Source of the DNA: an uncultured Acidobacteriota bacterium
GTDB lineage: Bacteria > Acidobacteriota > Vicinamibacteria > Vicinamibacterales > UBA2999
Direction: 5' to 3'
Assembly: GCA_963807235.1 (NCBI GenBank)
Contig: CAWEBF010000023.1
Coordinates: 15,693 to 79,692, forward strand
Length of the DNA stretch: 64,000 nt
Below, piece by piece: positions 56,430 to 64,000 of the stretch; position 1 is the stretch's first letter, and each line of letters starts with the position of its first letter. The position numbers were made by a program, and so were the translations under genes. Under the pieces are notes generated by a model that was not told the DNA's origin, did not search any database, and saw nothing but the letters and a program-made list of their open reading frames with translations.

Positions 56430-56990
56430 GTGGGCGACCGCCAAGTCACGACACTCCTTCAGCGCGCATCGGCCGGCGACGATCAGGCTCGGGCCGCACT
56501 CTTCGACGTGCTGTACAGCGAGTTGCGGAAGCTGGCCGAGGCGGCGATGCGCCGGGAGCGGCCCGACCATACGCTGCAGCCCACGGCCCTGGTCCACGAG
56601 ACCTACGTCCGCCTGGCCGACGACAGCGGCCGCTTCGAGAACCGTGCCCACTTCTTCGGCGTCGCCGCCAGTGCGATGCGCCGCGTGCTCGTGGATCACG
56701 CGCGGGCACGCGGGGCACAGAAGCGGGGCGGAGGCGAGGCTTTCGTCGCCGTGGACAATCTCGACAACCTGCCGGGCGCGCCTCCAGGCACGGTGGACCT
56801 CGTGTCCCTGGACGATGCGCTTTCGAGGCTCTCGGTCCTCGATTCCAGGCAGGGGCGCGTGGTCGAGCTACGGTTCTTCGGGGGCCTGTCGGTGGAGGAA
56901 ACGGCCACCATCCTCGACCTGTCGCCCCGGACCGTCAAGCGCGAGTGGCAGATGGCCCGCGCCTGGCTGCGTCGCGAACTCGCTCAGTAG
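56430..56990 (+). CDS. ECF sigma factor, TIGR02999/ECF43 type
   Basis: VT.LL, LY.ELRKLA, HTLQPTALVHE.Y, NRAHFF, AMRRVLVDHAR, KRGG and ARAWL. Confidence 0.93.
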   Translation: MGDRQVTTLLQRASAGDDQARAALFDVLYSELRKLAEAAMRRERPDHTLQPTALVHETYVRLADDSGRFENRAHFFGVAASAMRRVLVDHARARGAQKRGGGEAFVAVDNLDNLPGAPPGTVDLVSLDDALSRLSVLDSRQGRVVELRFFGGLSVEETATILDLSPRTVKREWQMARAWLRRELAQ

Positions 56991-57000
56991 GACGTCTATT

Positions 57001-57037
57001 CCTTTTGCCTTTAGCCTTTAGCCTTTTGCCTTGTTTT
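57001..57037. repeat. Heptamer tandem repeat (CCTTTWG)x4 plus CCTTGTTTT
   Basis: ccttttg cctttag cctttag ccttttg ccttgtttt. Confidence 0.85.
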
Positions 57038-57081
57038 TCGACCTTGGCCCCTGGCGCCGGAATTTCTCGCCATGTCTGGGT

Positions 57082-57519
57082 ATGGACGAGGTGTGGCTGG
57101 TGGCCGACGACTTTCGATTGGACGGGCAGACGCGCGCGATGTTGGAGCGGTGGGTCCGCTCTTCGTCCTCGCAACAGCGGGCGGTCAGACGAAGCCGCAT
57201 CATCCTGGCGCTGGATGACGGCCTCTCGGTGACGGCCGTGTCGGCCCGAGAGGGCATCGGCCGGCGAACCGTTGCCGTGTGGAAACAGCGCTTCCTGTCG
57301 GAAGGCCCCGATTCGCTGCTGCGGGATCGTCCCGGCCGCGGGCGGCCAAAAGGCCGGCGGGCCGACGCGGTGGCGTCCATCCTGACGGCGACGGCCACGC
57401 CGCCGCCTGGCACGAGCCGCTGGACGTCGCGCGCGCTCGCCAAGCAGTTGGGCGTCAGCCACTCCACGGTGCTGCGCGTGTGGCGCGACGCCAGCATTGC
57501 TGACCTTCGCCGAAATTAG
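57082..57519 (+). CDS. IS630-like helix-turn-helix protein lacking the DDE catalytic domain
   Basis: RSRIIL, TVAVWKQRF..G...L.DRPGRGRP and RWTSRALAKQLGVSHSTV.RVWR; stops before any DDE region. Confidence 0.75.
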   Translation: MDEVWLVADDFRLDGQTRAMLERWVRSSSSQQRAVRRSRIILALDDGLSVTAVSAREGIGRRTVAVWKQRFLSEGPDSLLRDRPGRGRPKGRRADAVASILTATATPPPGTSRWTSRALAKQLGVSHSTVLRVWRDASIADLRRN

Positions 57520-57529
57520 AGCGCTCGCT

Positions 57530-57583
57530 TGGGCTCTGGGCTCTGGGCTCTGGCCAAAGCCTAGAGCCTAAAGCCTAAAGCCT
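57530..57583. repeat. Inverted heptamer arrays (TGGGCTC)x3 / (ARAGCCT)x4 forming a hairpin between convergent genes
   Basis: The two arrays are reverse-complementary when G-U pairs are allowed. Confidence 0.8.
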
Positions 57584-57591
57584 CCGACGGC

Positions 57592-58428
57592 CTAACGAGC
57601 GGAACAGGCCGTCGGATTCCAACCGGCCGCGCCGGGCAACTTCTTGAAATCGGAGCTCGTGAGGTGCGGCCGGGTGAAGTAGACCGGGTCCTCCACCCTG
57701 GTCGTCACCGTCAGCCACCGGTCGCCGTTCGGCAGCTCGTTCACGTCGAAATACTCGGTCACCGACGTCCGGTCGCTGTAGGGCGCGCCGTTCTTGCGCA
57801 CGTAGCCGCCGCGAAGGTGCGTGGTCGTCACCTTGAGGCCGCCGCCGCGGTTCTGGACGCCGCGGCCACCGGGGCCCAACTGCCACACCGCCACCGAGTG
57901 CCCCTGCCAGGTCGGCGTGGTTGGCGGCGTCGCGGCTGGGTCGAAGCGCAGGAGGCGCGTCTGGGTGCCGGCGTCGGTGTCGATCTGGAGCGTGTTGGCG
58001 TCGGGCCAGGTGATGTGGAGCCGGCCGGGAACGCGCATGATGTTGCCGGCGCCGTATGCGCGGCACTGCTCGCCGGCGGCTTCATCGCGCGCCGGATCCC
58101 AACTGTCGCCCACCTTGCGGCCCTCGGCGTTGAGCGGCAGCGTCTGGTAAGCGCCCTTTTTGGGCGTGACCATCCGAAATTTCCAGTCCTCGGTGATCAC
58201 GGACACCCAATAACCGGTCAAGTCGATGGGGGCAGCATCGCGCGGCGTCGTCGCCGTGCCCCGCCCGCGCCCCTGCGCCGCGGCGGTTGCCGCGATGCCG
58301 AGGCACGCGACCGCGAGGGCTAGCGAGGCTGCGCCTCGGACCAACGAGCAGGTAGGCTCCGCCTCGCTAGCGCAGTGTCTTCTTGCCCGCGCGTTCGCGC
58401 GGGCGTAGACCAAGTCCCGATCAGTCAA
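57592..58428 (-). CDS. Secreted conserved hypothetical protein
   Basis: Signal-like AASLALAVACLGIAATAAA; DLTGYWVSVITEDW, C.AYG, WQG.S and EDPVY; start position uncertain. Confidence 0.75.
   Translation of the reverse strand: MTDRDLVYARANARARRHCASEAEPTCSLVRGAASLALAVACLGIAATAAAQGRGRGTATTPRDAAPIDLTGYWVSVITEDWKFRMVTPKKGAYQTLPLNAEGRKVGDSWDPARDEAAGEQCRAYGAGNIMRVPGRLHITWPDANTLQIDTDAGTQTRLLRFDPAATPPTTPTWQGHSVAVWQLGPGGRGVQNRGGGLKVTTTHLRGGYVRKNGAPYSDRTSVTEYFDVNELPNGDRWLTVTTRVEDPVYFTRPHLTSSDFKKLPGAAGWNPTACSAR
58319..58372. repeat. REP-doublet-like inverted repeat inside the 5' end of a gene
   Basis: GCTAGCGAGGC...GCCTCGCTAGC, a perfect 11-bp arm with an inner GCCT/AGGC pair. Confidence 0.7.
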
Positions 58429-58816
58429 CGGCTTCGCCCGACCGCGCGCCCCAACTGAAACCGTCGAGCGGGCGCTTCAGGCTGACCATGAGCAGCCGGA
58501 ACTCGCCCGGCACCCGCGATGGCCGTCCGACGATCACGATCTGGTCGCCCACTCGCAGCGTCTCGCGGGTGATGCCCTGGCCGCCCAGCTGGCCGGTGCC
58601 GCTCCACTCCACCGCCCAGCGCTGCGGTACGCCCTTGTCGTCCGGCGCCTGGACGGTCACGAACGAGTGCGGGTTGCGGTAGACGAACTGGACCAGTTTG
58701 CCTTCGACCGTCACCTGTTTGGCCAGGTCGTAGGTGGCGCCGTAAGAGTGATGCGCACGCGTTGCCACCGGCAGCAGCAGCGCCACCGCGACACAGAGGC
58801 CGAGCCACATTCTCAT
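58421..58816 (-). CDS. DUF6152-like secreted protein
   Basis: Signal peptide ending ATRA, then HHSY...YD, G......NPHS and W.VE; RBS GGAGGAG. Confidence 0.8.
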   Translation of the reverse strand: MRMWLGLCVAVALLLPVATRAHHSYGATYDLAKQVTVEGKLVQFVYRNPHSFVTVQAPDDKGVPQRWAVEWSGTGQLGGQGITRETLRVGDQIVIVGRPSRVPGEFRLLMVSLKRPLDGFSWGARSGEAVD

Positions 58817-60759
58817 CGTCGTGTCTCCTCCAGGCTCCGATACACCGCCTCCACGAACATCGCCGTCGTCCACGGTCCCGTGGTCGACCCATAGCGGCCG
58901 TCGAAGTCCATCGTCGGCCGCGCCGCCTGTACCTGCGCCAGCGTCATCCCCTTGCCCTTCAGATCGCGCACGCGGTCGCGGATCATCGTCAACATGTTGC
59001 GGTACGACGCCACGTCGGCCGTGTCCCCGACGCGGCCGCGCGCCGGCACGATCCAGGTGCCGCCCTGCGAGCGGTACTCGGCCACCGCCAGATCCAGGAT
59101 CTTGTTCAAGCCGTCCAGCACTCCCTGGATGGTGCCGCCCTTCGCCAGGTCGATCACCGGATAGCTGATGGTCGAGAACAGGTTGCCGGCGCTGATCACC
59201 TCGGAGCGCCGGAAGTAGACGAAGCTGTCGCCGTCGGTGTTGGCGGCCGGCGCGTGGTGCATGATCACCGCTTCGCCGTTGAAATAGGCCGGCAGCTTGA
59301 AGAACTCGTCGAAGTAGGTGTCGGTCGGCCATGCCGCTTCCGGCATCGGCCGCCTGCTTGCCGGCCGGCGCGCTGATGCGGTTCAGCACGTTTTCGTGCG
59401 CGACGATCGACGCCTTCTGCCCGAGTGCGGTGACGGCGGTGCCAAACGCGGCCGTGCGCGGGAAGAAGCCGGCCGCCGACAGCTTCTCGTTGCCGCCGAC
59501 GTGCTCGGCATCGGCGCTGGTGTTCATGATGAAGCGCAGCGGCTTCGGTGAGCCCGGCGAGGTGGTGACTGCGTTGATGTAGGGGCTGGACCAGCCCCAC
59601 GTGCCCGGGCAGTTGACGCCGGCACAGGCGTTGGCCATCGGCGGTGTCACGGTCGCGTTGGCCAGCTGGCCGAGCGCCGCGAGCACCTTGTCGGACATCG
59701 CCGCCGCGCCGGTGTTGACCAGCAGCACGCCTTCGGCGCCAACCGACGCCGTGATGTTCACGCCGTCGGCGACCAGCATGAAGACGTTGCCCTGCACCGG
59801 CAGCACGTGCACCTGGCCGTCCTTGGGGCTCTGGTCGGCGATGCCTTCTCGACGGCGACCGCCGATTTGGACGACGGCACGCGCAGCGTCCGCGCCGCCG
59901 CGGGATCCGCGAGCGCCGCCCTGTATTCGGGGTAGAGCGTGGCAACGCCGCCGCGCACGGCTGCTTCGGGCACCCACGGCTCGTTCTTCAGCAAGTCGCC
60001 GAGGGCCGTGTTCTGGCCCGGCAGGAAGTGCGGCACCCAGTGCCGATCGGTGCCGCCGTTCTCGGCGAACGCCGACGCGCTGCACGTCTCGTTCTGCGTC
60101 GTCCCGGTCAGGTCGGAGACGTAAGTCGTGGAGTGCACATACGGCTCGTCCATGTAGACGGGGTCGTCCACCACGCTGGTGATCGTCAGGATGTCGTCGT
60201 GGCGGGTGATGAACTCCGTCATCGTGTACAGGTCGCTCGTCTGCGGCCCGCCGCGCTTCAGGTAGCCGTCCTTGAAGTGCGTGGTCGTGATCTTCAGCGT
60301 GTTGCCGACCCACTGGCCGGTCGAGAAACCGGTCCAGGTGTGCGGCGCATACGCGGGCGGGTGCGGCCGGCCGTCCATGAAGATCGGCCGGTCCAGCGAG
60401 CGCATGAACTGGATGTGGTAGACGCTCACGTCGCGCGTCAGCGGATCCTGCTCCTTGAGGATGCGCGCGCCGCCCAGGCCGCGCCACTGGTGCGGCGCGG
60501 AGTGCGGGCGGCACTGATACTCGGGCGTGCCCCAGATCGACTCGGCCGACGTATCGGCGCGCAGGCGGCCGGCGTCGTTGAACGGGATGCCCAGGTAGTC
60601 GCCGAGCGGCGGCTGCCCGGAGGTGTCTTCCTCCCACGTCTCGAGCGTCCACTCGCCCGAGATGTCGGGTGGCGCCTGCGGCCGCGGCGGCTGCGCGGAC
60701 GGACGCGCCGCCGTCAGGAGCGGCGGGTGCAATCGCCAGCAGCGCAACGACCGCGTCAT
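58813..60759 (-). CDS. Secreted fusion of a hypothetical N-domain and a degenerate metallo-beta-lactamase/cyclase-like domain (several indels)
   Basis: N-domain DISGEW..GDYLGIP..QCRPH..W.GFS.G.W; C-domain VQGNVFML, NTSADAEHVGGN, ANTDGDS and VPARG. Confidence 0.75.
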
Positions 60760-60763
60760 CGTG

Positions 60764-63034
60764 CTAATTCGCCAGCGGATCGGGCCGCAGCTGGAACTTC
60801 ACCAGCTTGCCCTTGGTGCCCTTGCCGCCCTCGATGTGCCACACGAAGTGGGTGCCGTAGTTCGCGTACAGCGCGCGGCCCTTCCAGCCGCCGTTGGGAT
60901 CGTCGATGCGGCCGTCGAGCCCGCGCGAGTAGAAGCCGAGCGGATACGGCACGCGCAGCGTGACCCACCGCCGCGTCTGCGGATCGAGCACGAGGAGCGA
61001 GTCGGAGTTCGATCCGGTGGCCATCGGCTTGTTGGCGCCGAGCCCGAGGATGTTGTGCTGGTCCACCCAGTTGTAATAGTGGAAGTCGGCCGGGATGTTG
61101 GTGCCCTTCAGCTTCGGGCCCGGCGTCTGATACAGCGTCCAGCCCTCGGGGCACTCGCTGCCGTCGGCCTTGCGCGGCCCGGTGATCGCCTTGCACTTGC
61201 GGCGGTCGAAGCTGGCCATGTGGCTGCTGGCCGCCAGCGCCGTCCACACCACGCCGTTGGTGTCGATGTCCACGCCGCGCGGATCGAAGCCGGGCTCAGG
61301 CACCTTGTAGATCTCGGTGATGCACGACTGCGGCGGGTTCTTGCCGCGATCGAGGCGCACCAGATAACCGGGATAGCGCTCCGAGACGCCCCACACCGAG
61401 TCGTCCACCGGGCTCGGGATCACGGCGTAGAGGCTGAAGCTGACGAGCGTGTCGAGCTTCGGATTGGGTCCGCCGGCCGGGGCTGGGGCGCCGCCGCCCG
61501 CGGCCCGGCCACCTGGGGCCGGCGCACCGCCGGTATCACCCGAATACAGAATCGACTCGCCGCGCGCCGTGATCTGGTTCCACGGCGGCGCCGTGATCTT
61601 GCCGTCGCCGTTGGTGTCGACCACCTGGCCGCACCAGCCGACCGCCTTCTGCTCGTCCTTGGTCTGGTCGAAGATCTTGGTGTCGATCCAGCCGAAGATC
61701 GGGCCGGTCAGCTCGTTGAAGTACAGCGTCTCGTTGGCGTCGTTGTCGAACTGCAGGTGGTGCGTCGCGTAGCAGGTGTCGATCAGCACGAACTGCCGCG
61801 TCTTCGGGTCGTAGAACGACGCCTGGCGGCCGCTCTGGCGCAGCGGGAACCACGACGCGAAGCTGTTCTTGCCGGGTCGATGCACCACGCCGCGTTCGCG
61901 TTCGGACGGATCTTCGACGTCATCCACACGCGGCCCTTGCTGTCCAGCATCGCGTTGTGCGGATCCGCCGGGTTGTAGGGCGGGTTCGCCCACAGGTGCT
62001 CCTCGCCCCAGTGCAGCGACGGGCGGTTCGGCTGCGGGAACCGCGACGGCACCTCGGCGCGCGGCGCGCGCGTCGGGATCTCGATCTCCTCGGTGCGATG
62101 CGTCTTCGGGTCGACCATCGTCAGCATGCCGTGGCCGGCCGAGACGGCGTAGACCGGGCCGCCGGCGTTGACGGTCGGGCCGGTTCTTGTCGGTCGAGAT
62201 CTCGTCGTGCATGAACGACTTGTCCGTGCCCCAGTCCCACAGCGTCAGCACCACGTTGCGCTCGACGCCGGTCGGACGCGGCGGCGTCGGCGGCACCTCG
62301 CCCTTGGCGACGCGCTCGGTCCAGTCGGAGTAGGTCTTGAGCGCGCGCGGCGGGCCCTGGTTGGTCAGCACGCCGTACATCGAGTTGCCGCGGACGCCGG
62401 TGCCGAGCCGCCACTCCCACGCCTCGGCGTGCGTCTTCAGCTCGGGCTTCGCCTTGAGCACGTGGTCGACGCTGCGCGTCAGCTGGTTGCCGAGCTGATG
62501 GCAGAAGTTGCAGTCGGACTTGAGCGAGTTGACCCAGTGGTTCTGCGACTGCATCGCCGTGCCGATGCCGTTGCCCTGCGGTCCCGTGCCGGTGCCCGGG
62601 AACTCGCTCGCCGCCGGCGGCTCGAGCAGCGACAGCCAGTAGTCGCCCGGATAGACCTTCGCGGCTTCCTGCGGCGAGGCCGCGGCGCTGGCGCGCAGCG
62701 TCACCGACGCGGCGCCGGGCTTGAGCTGCTGCTTCTGCGAATCGGCCAGCCCATAGCCGCGCACCCACACGCTGTAGCTCGCGCCCGGCAGCTCGGGCAG
62801 CATGAAGCGGCCGCGGTCGTCGGTGACGACGATCTTGATGAAGTTGGTCGGCAGGTCCTTGGTCTCGGCAATGACCCAGACGCCGGCCTCGGGCCCGTTG
62901 GCGCCCTGGACGACGCCGCTGATGAAGCCGGTGGCCGCCGGCGGCGCGCCGCGTCCCTGCCCGCTGACCGTCACCACCGCGGCCACGAGCGCCGCGAACG
63001 CCACCGAAATCGCCACCTTCAGATGTCGCCTCAT
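60764..63034 (-). CDS. Secreted protein: carboxypeptidase-regulatory-like domain + CxxCH heme-c motif + beta-propeller (indels near 62180 and 61880)
   Basis: EAGVWVIAET..KIVVTDD.GRF..PELP, CNFCHQ, THHLQF, PRGVDID.NGVVW and LRVPYPLGFY.RG.DGRIDD. Confidence 0.8.
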   Translation of the reverse strand: MRRHLKVAISVAFAALVAAVVTVSGQGRGAPPAATGFISGVVQGANGPEAGVWVIAETKDLPTNFIKIVVTDDRGRFMLPELPGASYSVWVRGYGLADSQKQQLKPGAASVTLRASAAASPQEAAKVYPGDYWLSLLEPPAASEFPGTGTGPQGNGIGTAMQSQNHWVNSLKSDCNFCHQLGNQLTRSVDHVLKAKPELKTHAEAWEWRLGTGVRGNSMYGVLTNQGPPRALKTYSDWTERVAKGEVPPTPPRPTGVERNVVLTLWDWGTDKSFMHDEISTDKNRPDRQRRRPGLRRLGRPRHADDGRPEDASHRGDRDPDARAARRGAVAVPAAEPPVAALGRGAPVGEPALQPGGSAQRDAGQQGPRVDDVEDPSERERGVVHRPGKNSFASWFPLRQSGRQASFYDPKTRQFVLIDTCYATHHLQFDNDANETLYFNELTGPIFGWIDTKIFDQTKDEQKAVGWCGQVVDTNGDGKITAPPWNQITARGESILYSGDTGGAPAPGGRAAGGGAPAPAGGPNPKLDTLVSFSLYAVIPSPVDDSVWGVSERYPGYLVRLDRGKNPPQSCITEIYKVPEPGFDPRGVDIDTNGVVWTALAASSHMASFDRRKCKAITGPRKADGSECPEGWTLYQTPGPKLKGTNIPADFHYYNWVDQHNILGLGANKPMATGSNSDSLLVLDPQTRRWVTLRVPYPLGFYSRGLDGRIDDPNGGWKGRALYANYGTHFVWHIEGGKGTKGKLVKFQLRPDPLAN

Positions 63035-63041
63035 CGCTCTT

Positions 63042-63082
63042 CCTTTTGCCTTTGGCCTTTTGCCTTTAGCCTTGTTTTGCCT
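63042..63082. repeat. Heptamer tandem repeat (CCTTTNG)x4 plus CCTTGTTTT
   Basis: ccttttg cctttgg ccttttg cctttag ccttgtttt; near copy of 57001-57037. Confidence 0.85.
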
Positions 63083-63114
63083 CGCTGAGCCCCGCGAGCG
63101 AGAATTCTACTCCC

Positions 63115-64000
63115 TTGCCCCCGCCCGACGCCCTCCGGCCCCGCTCTCGGACGTCACCGTCCTCGACCCCACCACGGCGCTGGCGGGCCCCTATGCCACC
63201 CTGCTCCTGGCCGGGCTGGGCGCCCGGGTCATCAAGATCGAAAACCCTGTCGGCGGCGACAGCTGCCGCCACAACCCGCCCTACGTCGGCGCCGGGGGCC
63301 TGCGCCTGACCCGGGAATCCCCCGACGACATGTCGGTGTCGTCGCTCAACCGCCTCCGCAACAAGCTGGGCGTCACGCTGAACCTCAAGCACCCGGCCGC
63401 GCGCGACGTCTTCCTCGATCTGGCGCGGCGCGCCGACGTGCTGGTCGAGAACTTCAGCCGCGGCGTGCTGGACCGGCTGGGCGTCGGCTACGCCTTCGTC
63501 CACGAAGTGAACCCGAAGCCTGGTGTATTGCTCGATCAGCGGGTTCGGGTCGACCGGCGGCGCCGACGACGGCAAGGCGATGGACACCATCATCCAGGCG
63601 CTGAGCGGCGTGATGTACACCTCGGGGCAGGCCGGCGACCCGCCGGTGCGCGTGGGCTTCCCCATCGCCGATCTGGCGTCGCCGCTCTTCGGCGTCATCG
63701 GCGTGCTGGCGGCGCTGCACCAGGCGCGCGCGACCGGGCGTGGGTCAGCACGTGGACGTCTCGATGCTCGGCGCGCTGACCTCGCTCATCACGGACGAGC
63801 CGTTCGACGCGCTGCGGCCGTTCGGCGTGCCGACGCGCACCGGCCCGACCATGCCGCGCCTGGCGCCCTTCGGCGTCTACGGCGCCACCGACGGCTACGT
63901 GGCGATCTGCGCCTTCACCGATCCGTTCGCGCACGCGCTCTTCCGCGCGATGGGCGAGCCCGGCCTCAGAGGCGATCCGCGGTTCGGCGACGCGCGACAT
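63115..64000 (+). CDS. CoA-transferase family III (CaiB/BaiF), frameshifted, runs off the right edge
   Basis: L..V.VLD....LAGPYAT..LA.LGA.VIKIE, NK.GVTLNLK, ADVLVENF, CSISGFG and D.IIQA.SG. Confidence 0.88.

Noticed and set aside
57082..57519. Active IS630 insertion sequence
   Set aside because: No DDE domain was evident downstream before the convergent gene, and no terminal inverted repeats or TA duplication were seen.

Overview
A very GC-rich bacterial chromosomal segment. Its gene content (five Hanks-type Ser/Thr kinases plus a remnant, two kinase-linked ECF sigma factors, DUF3300/DUF2950-like, NHL-repeat and DUF6152-like secreted proteins) suggests Acidobacteriota, probably Vicinamibacteria. 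That placement is inferred from gene content and has not been checked by a database search. The window has three parts: (i) 1-20 kb, accessory signalling and secreted-protein genes; (ii) 20-45 kb, mostly housekeeping genes (cold-shock protein, Fur-ferritin regulator, erpA, class I fumarase, bioY, thiD, moaE/D, prfA, prmC, HIT, ileS, lspA, lgt, rluD, NUDIX); (iii) 45-64 kb, accessory secreted-protein clusters. About 20 genes, including essential ileS and also prmC and lgt, are split by single-base indels, and 19.3-19.65 kb is scrambled poly-C. The sequence is therefore most likely an error-prone long-read product, and I treat the frameshifts as artefacts. Best leads: a c-di-AMP (ydaO-class) riboswitch with its own promoter and anti-RBS pairing upstream of a lone SPFH gene; a probable Fur-di-iron-ferritin fusion regulator in an erpA/PHP/degenerate-ABC-ATPase operon; a four-gene uncharacterised secreted cluster (heme-c propeller protein, degenerate MBL fusion, His-His DUF6152-like protein) bracketed by near-identical heptamer-repeat arrays; a CotH kinase-porin operon; a dispersed heptamer tandem-repeat family; and widespread leaderless-type promoters. 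I saw no rRNA, tRNA, CRISPR array or intact transposase.
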